A stretch of 64,000 nt of DNA from Promethearchaeia archaeon. Its GTDB lineage: Archaea; Asgardarchaeota; Lokiarchaeia; Sigyniarchaeales; SOKP01. Each line of letters starts with the position of its first letter. The first letter of the stretch is position 1. Below the pieces are notes generated by a model, which was not told the DNA's origin, did not search any database, and saw nothing but the letters and a program-made list of their open reading frames with translations. This document shows positions 27,853-38,228 of this stretch, in pieces. The DNA is taken from positions 1 to 64,000 of the forward strand of contig JAHQWH010000015.1 of NCBI GenBank assembly GCA_029856105.1, read 5' to 3'. Position numbers and translations under genes: made by a program.

Positions 27853-28893
27853 ATGGAATTTATGTATGCTTTAATAGGTGGACTTATAGTTGGAGTCCTA
27901 TTTGGTTTCGTGTTGCAACGTGGAAGATTCTGTATGAATTCTGCCTTCAGAGACATAATCCTATTGAAAGAATTTAAATTAGCAAAAGCAGTAGTTATCG
28001 CGTTGATAACTCTAATGATCGGTTTCGCTATATTTGCTTTCGCTGGAGTAATTCAGTTAGCTCCAAAACCTTTAAAAATATGGGGTGCGGTTGTCGGAGG
28101 TCTAGTATTTGGTATTGGAATGGTTCTTGCAGCGGGATGTGCTAGCGGAACTACATATCGAGTAGGAGAAGGTATGGTGGGATCTCTCGTAGCTGGTTTT
28201 GGATTAACACTCGGAGCTTTAATGACTGGATTTGGCGTTTTATCTGATGCAAAAGTATTTTTGCAAAAGACAGTCATTGGAGAAGGTCCAGCACTTACGC
28301 TTTTTGGAGAATTTGGAGCATTAACCCCGATTTTTATGCTTATCTTAGGAATTGTTGGTGCTGTATTAACATTTTATTTCTGGGGATTACCTGTGCTTAA
28401 AAAGAAAATGGAAGCAAAAGAACCCTTAGTGAAATTTGACAACGCAGTTGAATCTATCTTTAAAAAAGCTTATCCTTGGTGGGTAACTGGAATCGTTATT
28501 GGAATAATCGGAACTGTTGCGTATATCGTTAGTAACGGAGTACTAGGTATTACTGGAGGATGGATGGATTTAAGTTTGTGGCTTACTACAGGAGATGTTG
28601 TTGCGTGGGCTGGTTTTATAATTCTTGGTGCTATCATTGGATCTTTCATTAGTGCTTATATCGGTGGCGAATTTAAAATTAGAGTTCCAAAAGATGGATT
28701 AACATTATTAAAACAATTGATTGGCGGAATTTTAATGGGTTTTGGCGCTGTAACAGCGATGGGATGTAACATTACTAACATTTTAGGTGGTGTTCCACAG
28801 CTTTCATTACATAGTATTATTACAGGAGCTTGTATAATGTTTGGCTCTTGGATAATGGCTTATCTTCTCTTCATGAGAGGAGACAAAGAATAA
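27853..28893 (+). CDS. yeeE: YeeE/YedE-family thiosulfate/sulfur (possibly selenium) transporter
   Basis: QRGRFC, LAAGCASG and AMGCNI conserved Cys motifs; multi-TM. Confidence 0.92.
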   Translation: MEFMYALIGGLIVGVLFGFVLQRGRFCMNSAFRDIILLKEFKLAKAVVIALITLMIGFAIFAFAGVIQLAPKPLKIWGAVVGGLVFGIGMVLAAGCASGTTYRVGEGMVGSLVAGFGLTLGALMTGFGVLSDAKVFLQKTVIGEGPALTLFGEFGALTPIFMLILGIVGAVLTFYFWGLPVLKKKMEAKEPLVKFDNAVESIFKKAYPWWVTGIVIGIIGTVAYIVSNGVLGITGGWMDLSLWLTTGDVVAWAGFIILGAIIGSFISAYIGGEFKIRVPKDGLTLLKQLIGGILMGFGAVTAMGCNITNILGGVPQLSLHSIITGACIMFGSWIMAYLLFMRGDKE

Positions 28894-28915
28894 GATTTGG
28901 AGTTGACGAAAAAAA

Positions 28916-29278
28916 ATGGCTCGATTAGGAATTCTTTTCTTTGATGGACCGTACCAAGCGCAAGCTGCTGAAACGGTTGTTAAGATATCCAACGCGGCAT
29001 TAGATAAAGGAACTGATGTACGCATCTTTTGCTATATGGATGCCGTTAACGCTGTCTTAGGAAACCAGAAGAAAATTGAAGGTATCTTTAACATCGAAGA
29101 AGGATTTAGAGAGATTTTAAATAAAGGAGCCACCGTTAGATTATGTAATCTATGTCTTTTAGTCAGAGGCACTATGAAAAACTGTTTGACAAAGGAATGC
29201 GGCGACGTAAAGCGAGCAGGAACGCCTGATCTCGCGAAGATTATAGAAGAAACAGATAAACTTATAGTAATTTGTTAA
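28916..29278 (+). CDS. dsrE: DsrE/TusD-family sulfur relay protein
   Basis: GPY, FCYMDAV and LCNLCLLVRG motifs. Confidence 0.85.
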   Translation: MARLGILFFDGPYQAQAAETVVKISNAALDKGTDVRIFCYMDAVNAVLGNQKKIEGIFNIEEGFREILNKGATVRLCNLCLLVRGTMKNCLTKECGDVKRAGTPDLAKIIEETDKLIVIC

Positions 29279-29289
29279 GGTGATAAAAA

Positions 29290-29634
29290 ATGGCAGAAGA
29301 GAAAAATGTAGTTATCCTTTTACGGCAACCACCTCATGGAACGCTTTATCCTGTCGAAGGATTGAGAATGACGGTTGCTGTTAGTGCTGACTTTGACCCA
29401 ATTACTATTGCAATCAACGAAGCTGTATATACCTTTACTAAGGACGTCGATAAGACGATGTATGCCTCGCACATCGAGTTCATAAAAAATATCGATTTAG
29501 ATATTTTTGTTGACAAAAAATCGCTTGATGAGCTTGGTCTTACAAAGGACGACCTTATAGACGATGTTGAAATCAAAGAACATGGAGAAATATTAAAAAT
29601 GATTGCGGATTCAACCGTAACCATACCATTTTAG
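29290..29634 (+). CDS. dsrF: DsrF/TusC-family protein
   Basis: RQPPHGT...EGLR, SLDELGL and C-terminal TIPF motifs. Confidence 0.82.
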   Translation: MAEEKNVVILLRQPPHGTLYPVEGLRMTVAVSADFDPITIAINEAVYTFTKDVDKTMYASHIEFIKNIDLDIFVDKKSLDELGLTKDDLIDDVEIKEHGEILKMIADSTVTIPF

Positions 29635-29649
29635 GAGGATTGAAAAAAG

Positions 29650-29949
29650 ATGGGTAAAAAAGTGTTGTATTTTATTACAAGTGAAGATATTGCTGGTGTA
29701 GAGCTTGCTTCAGAACATACTGGAGAGGACGCAGTAACAATTCTTTTGCTTCAAAACGCTGTCTATTTTGCAAACAAAACTAATAAAATGGTTTCAAATG
29801 CTCTTGATAAAAACGTTACTATTGTTGCAAATAAAGAAGACGTAGAAGTACGTGGAATTAATAACTTCATATCTGATAAAATTAAATTAATTGCTTACGA
29901 TGAAGTAGTCGATTTAATTTTTGCGAACGATACCATTATCAATATGTAA
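29650..29949 (+). CDS. dsrH: DsrH/TusB-family protein
   Basis: LLLQNAVY, EDVEVRGI and YDEVVDLI motifs. Confidence 0.85.
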   Translation: MGKKVLYFITSEDIAGVELASEHTGEDAVTILLLQNAVYFANKTNKMVSNALDKNVTIVANKEDVEVRGINNFISDKIKLIAYDEVVDLIFANDTIINM

Positions 29950-30155
29950 TATGTAGTAGAGGAAATTTAGGAGATTTAATTAATATTATTTTTTTTTTTC
30001 TATTTTTAATAAAATAAATTGATTCCCAAGGCTGTTTATATAATGAACTTATCAATATTCAAAATTCAATCTATTATATAATTATCTAAGTGAAATTTTT
30101 CAGAATTATTACTTAAAACCTAAATTCTTATAATTTTTACTTCGTATTTTCAATT

Positions 30156-31208
30156 ATGAGTATGAAAAAAGTGAGCTCAGATCTTATTAGGTTAGCCCAT
30201 GGAGCTGGTGGAGTGTTACAAGAAGAACTTATCAATTTTATTACGAAAAATATTACTTATAAAAACGTTAATAAAGGAATAGGGGTTGCGGAGTTGGACG
30301 ATGGGGCCACGATCCCTTTAGAGGAATACGAGCGCGAAATTGTGATTACTGCCGATGGGCATACTGTTTATCCGTTATTTTTTCCAGGGGGTAATTTGGG
30401 TAAATTGAGCGTTTGCGGTACCGTGAACGATTTGATAATGATGGGCGCTCAACCAATAGCGTTAACTTCAATTTTAATCATTGAAGAAGGTTTTAAATTT
30501 GAAAAGTTGGAAAAAATAGTAAATTCGTTTAATTTTACTTCAAAAGAAGCAAACATTGCGATTATAGCTGGAGATACTAAAATAATGCCTAAGGGAACTC
30601 TGAACGAGATGATAATGGCAACTACCGGGATTGGAATCAAAGATAAAAATATAAAAGTTTTAGATAGTAACTTAAAACCCGGCGATAAAATTATCGTAAC
30701 TGGGAGTATAGGAGACCACGGTACGGCGTTAATCGGCAGTCGAGAAGGATTAAATATATCAAGCGATTTGGAATCAGATGTTGGGTTTTTACTCGAAATT
30801 TATAACGTTCTTAAACAAGATATTAGTAATAATTATATTCACGCCATGAAGGACCCAACGAGAGGAGGGATAGCAGGAGCACTGAACGATTGGGCAAATA
30901 AATCAGATATAAGTGTTGTTTTAGAAGAAGAAAAGATTCCAATTAAAAAGCAAGTTAACGCAATCTGTGAAATGTTAGGGTTAGACCCTTTTACTATTGC
31001 TTGCGAAGGAAGAGCTCTCATGTCAGTAGACCCTATTAGAGCTGAAGAAATTTTATATAAAATAAAATCAACTTCAATGGGAAAAGACGCCGAGATAATA
31101 GGTATAGTTAAGGCAGACAATCCTAAAAGAGTACTTCTGAACACGATAGTAGGGGGGACCCGGTTCGTTGATATGCCTTTAGGGGAGCCAATACCGAGAA
31201 TTTGTTAA
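30156..31208 (+). CDS. hypE: Hydrogenase maturation protein HypE
   Basis: AHGAGG, GTVNDL, GDTK, KDPTRGG motifs and terminal PRIC. Confidence 0.97.
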   Translation: MSMKKVSSDLIRLAHGAGGVLQEELINFITKNITYKNVNKGIGVAELDDGATIPLEEYEREIVITADGHTVYPLFFPGGNLGKLSVCGTVNDLIMMGAQPIALTSILIIEEGFKFEKLEKIVNSFNFTSKEANIAIIAGDTKIMPKGTLNEMIMATTGIGIKDKNIKVLDSNLKPGDKIIVTGSIGDHGTALIGSREGLNISSDLESDVGFLLEIYNVLKQDISNNYIHAMKDPTRGGIAGALNDWANKSDISVVLEEEKIPIKKQVNAICEMLGLDPFTIACEGRALMSVDPIRAEEILYKIKSTSMGKDAEIIGIVKADNPKRVLLNTIVGGTRFVDMPLGEPIPRIC

Positions 31209-31271
31209 GATATTTATAGAAATTGAAATTTAAATCGTAAATAAAATAAACCATAACAATTTGAGAAAAAT

Positions 31272-31940
31272 ATGGATATAAGAAAGGAAGAATATCAAAA
31301 AGTTCTTGATAAATTTCCAGATGTTATTTCTGTTTGCGGAGATAATTTTCTTTTGCATTTTGAAATCAATACTGAAATTTTGCTAGAAGTTGATTTTAGA
31401 AAATATCCAAAAAAAATGAAAGCTTATTTAATTAATAATAAAAGAGATAAATTCAAACTCAGTAGGATCGTCTCCTCATTACGGTATTGGAAAGGACATT
31501 CAGCAGTCTCAGTTTTAGAAATAATAGATGAAATTCTTTTATTAATTGATAATATACAATTGAATCAAATTATGATTAAAAAAGATTTTCTTGAGGGATT
31601 AGTTGATATGTGTCAAAAGGGTCATCCCAAAAAAATGAAAGGGGTATTGGGAGTCCATAAAGGAGTTGTATCTGAATATATTATATCATCAAGAGCTTGT
31701 AATGATAGTATAAAAGATTTTAAGTTAATCAGGGCAACATGTAGTATTCCATTAGACTTCTCATATGAGGGAACTTTCATATCACGCCCATCAGGCAGTC
31801 TCTCAACTAATGAGAAATTAAACCAGATTTTTAAAAAACGGAGATTTACTATGCTTTTGGCACATCCTTATAATATTTCTGATAACATAAAGTGTTTTGA
31901 TACTTCTGGTCAAATTTTAGACCATATTATTATTGATTAA
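31272..31940 (+). CDS. Putative UBC/RWD-like + catalytically inactive MPN (JAB) domain fusion
   Basis: N-half has EVDFRKYPKK...LRYW...SVLEIIDEI (E2-fold-like). C-half has HPKKMKGVLG...GTFISRPSGSLSTNEKL, a degenerate JAMM motif. Confidence 0.6.
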   Translation: MDIRKEEYQKVLDKFPDVISVCGDNFLLHFEINTEILLEVDFRKYPKKMKAYLINNKRDKFKLSRIVSSLRYWKGHSAVSVLEIIDEILLLIDNIQLNQIMIKKDFLEGLVDMCQKGHPKKMKGVLGVHKGVVSEYIISSRACNDSIKDFKLIRATCSIPLDFSYEGTFISRPSGSLSTNEKLNQIFKKRRFTMLLAHPYNISDNIKCFDTSGQILDHIIID

Positions 31941-32026
31941 AATAGAGTGAAAATTATGGAAATTTTTGATAACCAAGATTTTCAAAGAAGATTAAACTGA
32001 ATTTAAAAAAAAATGAGTAAACCAAA

Positions 32027-33118
32027 ATGGATATACCAGGAATTAAAATTTTAAGAAGTAAAGAATTCACAGATAAAATAATTAAATCAATAAATAGAAC
32101 TGTAAAGGAAATAAAAAAACCAGTTAAGTTTATGCACGTGTGTGGCACTCACGAACACACTCTTTCGAAATATGGGCTAAGACCGTTGTTACCTAAAGAG
32201 ATTGAGATCCTTTCCGGCCCGGGGTGCCCTGTCTGCGTATGCCCCGCTGCAGATATCGACAAGGCAATTGAGCTTGGGAAACGAGACGACACTATAATAA
32301 CTACTTTTGGGGACATGATACGCGTCCCAGCTTCCAACCTTTCCTTAGCAGAATTAAAAGCAATGGGAGCGGATGTAAGAATCGTATATGGCCCTCACGA
32401 TGCGGTCGAAATTGCGAGAGAGAATCCCGATAAAGAAGTAATTTTTTTTGCCATTGGTTTTGAAACTACAGCCCCCCTAGTCGGTTACGAAATAAAAAGC
32501 GAACCCCCCTCTAATTTTTCGGTGATTTGCGCTCATAAGCTCATTCCCGCAGCGTTGGAACTATTAATAAGTCAATCACAACTAAGAATTGATGGTTTTA
32601 TTTCGCCAGGGCATGTATCTACTATAATTGGTTTAAAACCATTTAAAATATTTTCAGACGCTTATAAAGTACCAAATGTAATCGCCGGATTTGAGCCTAA
32701 CGATGTTTTGTTAGGTATTTTAATGCTACTCCAACAAATTAAGAACAAAAAGTTCGAAACTTTGAACGAATATTCGAGAGTAGTAAAACCAGAAGGAAAT
32801 AAAATCGCTCAAAATGTTATCTCAGAGGTTTTTGAATCCGTTTCCTCCCCTTGGAGAGGGATTGGGAGAATTCTTGATGGGGGTTTAGCAATACGAGATA
32901 AGTACGAAAAATTTGATGCTGATAAAAAATTCGATATTAAAATTGAAAAGTCGCAAGATATCCCACCGGGATGTTCGTGCCATTTAATAATGGTAGGTAA
33001 ACTATATCCAAACGAGTGCGAGCTCTTTGGCGAAGTGTGTACTCCACTCAATCCTATTGGCCCATGTATGGTTTCTCAAGAGGGTACATGTGCAATATTT
33101 TATAATTATCATAGATAG
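32027..33118 (+). CDS. hypD: Hydrogenase maturation protein HypD
   Basis: CGTHEH, GPGCPVCV, GFETT, PGHVS and CMVSQEGTC motifs. Confidence 0.97.
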   Translation: MDIPGIKILRSKEFTDKIIKSINRTVKEIKKPVKFMHVCGTHEHTLSKYGLRPLLPKEIEILSGPGCPVCVCPAADIDKAIELGKRDDTIITTFGDMIRVPASNLSLAELKAMGADVRIVYGPHDAVEIARENPDKEVIFFAIGFETTAPLVGYEIKSEPPSNFSVICAHKLIPAALELLISQSQLRIDGFISPGHVSTIIGLKPFKIFSDAYKVPNVIAGFEPNDVLLGILMLLQQIKNKKFETLNEYSRVVKPEGNKIAQNVISEVFESVSSPWRGIGRILDGGLAIRDKYEKFDADKKFDIKIEKSQDIPPGCSCHLIMVGKLYPNECELFGEVCTPLNPIGPCMVSQEGTCAIFYNYHR

Positions 33119-33171
33119 CTTAGATTAAACCTAAAATTTAATGTAAAAGATAAAAACTACAAAATATTTCA

Positions 33172-35577
33172 TTGAACGATCAAAGAACTGTAGAAATTAA
33201 TATCACAGGTATAGTTCAAGGTGTAGGCTTCAGACCGTTTTTGTATAATCTAGCTCGATCCTTAAACCTAACTGGATTTATATTAAACCGAGGGAATGCG
33301 GGAGTTCGATTAGTTTTGCAAGGTTTATCTCAATTGATTGACCAATTTTTCGAAGAAGTTAATCTTAAAAAGCCAAAAATTTCATTTATTGAAAAAATTG
33401 AGTATAAGGATTTAGATCCCAAAATACACTATAATAACCTTGAAATAAGAAAGAGTGAGCAAGGACGAGGAATTAGTTTAACTCTTCCACCAGATATTGC
33501 AATTTGCGACGATTGTTTAATAGACATGAATAATCCCAAACTACCGAAGTATTACAACTATCCATTCATAGCGTGCGCCGTTTGCGGACCGAGATTTACA
33601 ACGGTTAAGGATTTACCATACGATAGAGAGCGAAGTACGATGGTAAATTTTCCTTTCTGTAATAAAGCAGAACCAGAATCTTGCATACAAGAATATTCGA
33701 ATTTTAATAATAAGAGATTTCACGCTCAAACATTTGCTTGTTCTGTTTGCGGTCCTAATTATCAGCTTTACGATAAAGGAAAAAACTCTATTAAAACAGA
33801 TTCGATTGACGAGATATTAAAGATAACTACAAAAAGGATAAAACAAGGAGAAGTTGCGGCAATCAAGGGAATAGGTGGAGTCCATTTAGTTTGCCTTGCT
33901 AACGACGATAAAATAATTCTAGAGCTACGCAGGAGGAAAGGGAAGAGAAAACATAAACCTTTTGCTTTAATGGTTCCAAATTTAGAAATTATTGAGGATT
34001 ACTTTAGCATTTCAGAAAGAGAAAGGGAACTTTTATCTTCTTTTCGCAGACCAATTGTGGTTTTAGAGAAAAATAAAAACTTTAATAAATCTGACATAAG
34101 CGAATTCGTGGCTCCCGGTTTAAACAACATCGGAATTATGCTTCCATATTCAGGTATTCATTATTTACTTTTTGACCATATTGGAAAACAGCCATTAATT
34201 TATACAAGTGGGAACAAATCGAATATTCCTATGGCACTTGAAAACGAAAAGATATTTGATCAACTCAACAATTTAGCCGATTTCTTTCTACTTCATAATA
34301 GACCCATATACCAACGAGCAGACGATAGTGTGCTAAGAGTTCATAACTACAAAGTGAAGCTGATTAGAAGGTCGCGAGGTTATGTACCAGAATATTTACC
34401 ATTACATTTTGAAGTTAAAATCCCAAGTGCTATAGCTACAGGTCCAGAATTAGCAGTGACAGGTGCTTTATTGCGAAGAAATCGAATTTTCCAGACTCAA
34501 CATATTGGAAATGTAACGCACCTTGAAACATACGATTTTTTAAAAAATGCGCTTTTTCATATGAAAAAATTGCTTCAGATAAAAGATTCTGAAATAAAAT
34601 TTATCGCTTGCGACGCTCATCCAGCTTTCGTTACGACTAAGCTAGCAAAGGAGCTATCTGAACTATTAAACGTCAATTTATACCGTATCCAACACCATTA
34701 CGCTCACGCTTTAAGTTTAATGGCGGAAAATAAAATTGCATTAGACGAAAAAATCGTTTGCATAAGCACAGATGGAGTTGGTTACGGCGAAGACGGGAAT
34801 GTTTGGGGGGGTGAAATCTTATTAAGTTCTTATCACGGTTATACACGTCTCGGTCATTTAGAAAATCAGCCTATGATTGGAGGAGACCGATGTACTAAAT
34901 ATCCCGCTAGAATGACGTCTTCCATCGTCCTTAACGCTCTCGGTGTTGAAAAATCAGTAGAAGTATTCAAACAGATTGCCTTAGAAAACGATTTGGAGCA
35001 TAAAAGCACGGAATTGAAAACGATTATTTCTCAATTTGAGCGCGCCGATTATCAATTTCCTAACGAAAATATCCCATTAACAAGTTCCACCGGTAGAATC
35101 TTTGACGCTATTTCATATATTCTAGGAGCTTCGAAATTAAAAAGTTATAGAGGTGAACCTGCTATGAGGCTAGAGGGTTTGGCGTCGAAAGGAAATCCAG
35201 ATAAGATTAAATTAGACATTAAGTATTCGAAGAAAAATGGAATTTATCTTATCAATACTTCAGATTTAATTTTAGACGTAATAAATTTACTAGAAATTAA
35301 AGATTCCAAAAGACAAGATATTGCCGCAAAATTTCAAGTAGAAATTGGATTAGCATTTGCGAAAGTTGCGATTAAAATTGCCAAAGAAAACGATATAGAA
35401 ATGATAGGATTAACTGGTGGCGTTGCTTATAACGATGCTTTTTCAAAGGCGATAAAAGAACGAATCATTAAAGGAGGATTTAGTTTCATTGAACACAATA
35501 TAGTGCCACCTGGGGACGCGGGAATAAGCGTAGGTCAATTAATTGGGGGAACCTTCAAGTATAATAAAAATATTTAA
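33172..35577 (+). CDS. hypF: Carbamoyltransferase HypF
   Basis: VQGVGFRPF, zinc fingers, KGIGG, QHHYAH and PPGDAGIS motifs. Confidence 0.97.
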   Translation: MNDQRTVEINITGIVQGVGFRPFLYNLARSLNLTGFILNRGNAGVRLVLQGLSQLIDQFFEEVNLKKPKISFIEKIEYKDLDPKIHYNNLEIRKSEQGRGISLTLPPDIAICDDCLIDMNNPKLPKYYNYPFIACAVCGPRFTTVKDLPYDRERSTMVNFPFCNKAEPESCIQEYSNFNNKRFHAQTFACSVCGPNYQLYDKGKNSIKTDSIDEILKITTKRIKQGEVAAIKGIGGVHLVCLANDDKIILELRRRKGKRKHKPFALMVPNLEIIEDYFSISERERELLSSFRRPIVVLEKNKNFNKSDISEFVAPGLNNIGIMLPYSGIHYLLFDHIGKQPLIYTSGNKSNIPMALENEKIFDQLNNLADFFLLHNRPIYQRADDSVLRVHNYKVKLIRRSRGYVPEYLPLHFEVKIPSAIATGPELAVTGALLRRNRIFQTQHIGNVTHLETYDFLKNALFHMKKLLQIKDSEIKFIACDAHPAFVTTKLAKELSELLNVNLYRIQHHYAHALSLMAENKIALDEKIVCISTDGVGYGEDGNVWGGEILLSSYHGYTRLGHLENQPMIGGDRCTKYPARMTSSIVLNALGVEKSVEVFKQIALENDLEHKSTELKTIISQFERADYQFPNENIPLTSSTGRIFDAISYILGASKLKSYRGEPAMRLEGLASKGNPDKIKLDIKYSKKNGIYLINTSDLILDVINLLEIKDSKRQDIAAKFQVEIGLAFAKVAIKIAKENDIEMIGLTGGVAYNDAFSKAIKERIIKGGFSFIEHNIVPPGDAGISVGQLIGGTFKYNKNI

Positions 35578-35611
35578 TAATTATTAATAAATAAAAAAAA
35601 ATAAATTTAAA

Positions 35612-36691
35612 ATGATTGCCTCAAAAGAACATAAGGAAAATTTAATTGAGTTTGCTAAAAAATTAAAATATAAAGCTCAATCATTTCCTAAGGACGAGAA
35701 TGGAGAGCCTACCGAAAAGTATCTTGAATATTTAAGTTTAATGTATGATCCAGAAATAATTAAGATTATTCTCCATTTAGATGTTTTCCCAAAATCTATG
35801 TCATTATCAAAGCTTTCGAAAAAGATTGGTATGGAAAAAGCTGATATATCAGCCAAACTTGCAGAAATCTGTAAGAGAGGATTTCTAATAAAAATAGGTA
35901 ATTATTACTCTTTACCAACGCCATTGTTTATTTACGACATGCCTTTTATTATAAAAGAAAATTATTCCAGAGACGAGATTGTTAAGTTTGCTCAATTAAG
36001 TAGAGAGTTTTACACTAACGATAAGTATTATAAGACATGGGAAAATAAAAGGGATGGTACGCCTCGCATGCGAGTCTTAACTGTTAGCGAGCAAGTTGAA
36101 CCTGGGCACCAAATAATTCCTATTGAAGAGGTTTATAATATAATTGAAACCAATACGGATTTTGCTGTAATTCCGTGTCCTTGCCGAAAAAGAGCGGAAG
36201 TTGAAGGGATTAGAGAATGTAAGGATAAATATCCCATTCACAATTGTATTCTGCTAGGACCAAACGCTAAAGCAGTATTAGAAATGGGAGATCCAGACAT
36301 AAAAGCAGCTAATAAAGAGGAGATAATAACACTTACTGAAGAGGCTGCTCAAATTGGATTAGTTCACGCTACAGATAACGATGCAACTAATTGCAATATA
36401 CTCTGTGCGTGCTGCGAATGTTGTTGTGGAATGTTAAAAGGAATCACTCGATTTGACAACCCTAGGGCTATCGCCAAAGCAAATTATATCTCACTTATAG
36501 ACGAAGAAAAATGTACGGGTTGCGAGACATGTTTAGAACGATGCAAATTTAACGCGATTACTATAGATGGCGTTGCTCACATAGACAGGAACAAGTGTTT
36601 AGGCTGTGGACTATGTGCTGTTACTTGTCCCAGTAATGCAATAACTATGGTAAGATTTGAAAGAGAGAACATTCCTGGAACGATTTCTTAA
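35612..36691 (+). CDS. Fe-S protein with CxC / CxCCxxCC motifs and C-terminal 2x[4Fe-4S] ferredoxin domain
   Basis: CPCR, CACCECCC, CTGCETCLERC and CLGCGLCAVTCP motifs. Confidence 0.85.
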   Translation: MIASKEHKENLIEFAKKLKYKAQSFPKDENGEPTEKYLEYLSLMYDPEIIKIILHLDVFPKSMSLSKLSKKIGMEKADISAKLAEICKRGFLIKIGNYYSLPTPLFIYDMPFIIKENYSRDEIVKFAQLSREFYTNDKYYKTWENKRDGTPRMRVLTVSEQVEPGHQIIPIEEVYNIIETNTDFAVIPCPCRKRAEVEGIRECKDKYPIHNCILLGPNAKAVLEMGDPDIKAANKEEIITLTEEAAQIGLVHATDNDATNCNILCACCECCCGMLKGITRFDNPRAIAKANYISLIDEEKCTGCETCLERCKFNAITIDGVAHIDRNKCLGCGLCAVTCPSNAITMVRFERENIPGTIS

Positions 36692-36813
36692 AAATGATTC
36701 TTAACTTCTTATCATCTTTTTAGGAAATAATACTTCAATATCAAATTATCGGATTAATAATTTTATTTAAAAATTTTAATCAGATTAAATATATTGTGGA
36801 TGTGATTTAAAAA

Positions 36814-38211
36814 ATGGGAGGATTATTCGGAGTTTTTTCAAATAAAGATTGTATTAATGATTTATTTTACGGAACAGATTATCATTCACATCTGGGAACT
36901 AAAAGAGGGGGTTTGGCTGTAAAAAACTCTGGTGGTTTTCAAAGGTTCATCAAGGATATCACGACGAGCCAATTTAGATCTAAGTTTGATAAGGATATCA
37001 AGAAAATGCATGGAAATAAAGGTATCGGAGTCATTAGTGACTACGAAGATCAACCTTTAATTATCAGTTCGCGCTTAGGTGTTTTTGCCATTTCAACAGT
37101 AGGTAAAATTAATAACATAGAAGAACTCGCAAGCGAAGCCTTACAAAATGGAACTCATTTCTCAGAAATGCATGGAGGAGAAATTAACCCTACAGAAATG
37201 GTAGCAACAATAATTAGCCAAGCTGCTACATTTGAAGAAGGTATTCAAAAGGTTCAAGCTATGATCTATGGTTCTTGTACCATTCTTATCTTAACTGATG
37301 AAGGTATATTCGCTGCGCGCGATTCGCTAGGTAGAACGCCTCTCGTTATAGGTGAAAAGCCCGGTTCTTATGCTGTTGCAATGGAAACTTGTGCGTTCCC
37401 AAACCTTGGTTATAAAATCACAAAATATCTAGGACCTGGAGAAATCGTTTTTCTAAGTGAAAAGGGTTTCGAACAAAAGGTTGCACCAGGTAATAGATTG
37501 CAGATTTGTGCTTTCTTATGGGTCTACTATGGATATCCTGCTTCCAATTATGAAGGGATAAATGTTGAATCTGTACGGTATAAATGTGGTGCTTATCTAC
37601 GGAGAGAGGATGAACTGGAGATTGATCTCATAGCAGGGATCCCAGATTCTGGTACAGCTCATGGATTAGGTTATGCTAACGAAGCACATCTTCCTTATGT
37701 ACGACCCTTTGTAAAGTATACGCCAACATGGCCTCGAAGTTTCATGCCTCAGGAACAATCCATTAGAGATACCGTCGCAAAGATGAAACTTATACCGATT
37801 GAAGAACTTATCACGGACAAGCGTCTTCTTTTTTGCGAGGACTCAATCGTGAGAGGCACGCAATTGAGAAGGCAAGTTGAGAGGTTGTTTGAATCGGGGG
37901 CAAAAGAAGTACACATGAGACCTGCTTGTCCTCCACTTGTTTACGGGTGTAAATTTTTAAACTTCTCTCGATCTAGTTCTGAATTAGATTTAGCAGGAAG
38001 ATGGGCCATTAAAGAATTAATTGGAAAGGATCTCGAAAATCCCGTAGAGTATACCAATCCTGAGTCTGATAATTATAAAGCAATGGTTAATGTTATACGC
38101 GAAAAGTTGCATTTAACGACATTAAAATATCAGAAGCTAGAAAACCTAGTTAAAGCTATTGGATTACCTAAAGAAAAACTGTGTACCTATTGTTGGGATG
38201 GCGTAGAATAG
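36814..38211 (+). CDS. Amidophosphoribosyltransferase-like protein lacking the N-terminal catalytic Cys
   Basis: Starts MGGLFG rather than MCG. Has GIPDSG, EDSIVRGT, ACPP and CTYC motifs. Confidence 0.88.
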   Translation: MGGLFGVFSNKDCINDLFYGTDYHSHLGTKRGGLAVKNSGGFQRFIKDITTSQFRSKFDKDIKKMHGNKGIGVISDYEDQPLIISSRLGVFAISTVGKINNIEELASEALQNGTHFSEMHGGEINPTEMVATIISQAATFEEGIQKVQAMIYGSCTILILTDEGIFAARDSLGRTPLVIGEKPGSYAVAMETCAFPNLGYKITKYLGPGEIVFLSEKGFEQKVAPGNRLQICAFLWVYYGYPASNYEGINVESVRYKCGAYLRREDELEIDLIAGIPDSGTAHGLGYANEAHLPYVRPFVKYTPTWPRSFMPQEQSIRDTVAKMKLIPIEELITDKRLLFCEDSIVRGTQLRRQVERLFESGAKEVHMRPACPPLVYGCKFLNFSRSSSELDLAGRWAIKELIGKDLENPVEYTNPESDNYKAMVNVIREKLHLTTLKYQKLENLVKAIGLPKEKLCTYCWDGVE

Positions 38212-38228
38212 TTATTTTTAAAAAAATA

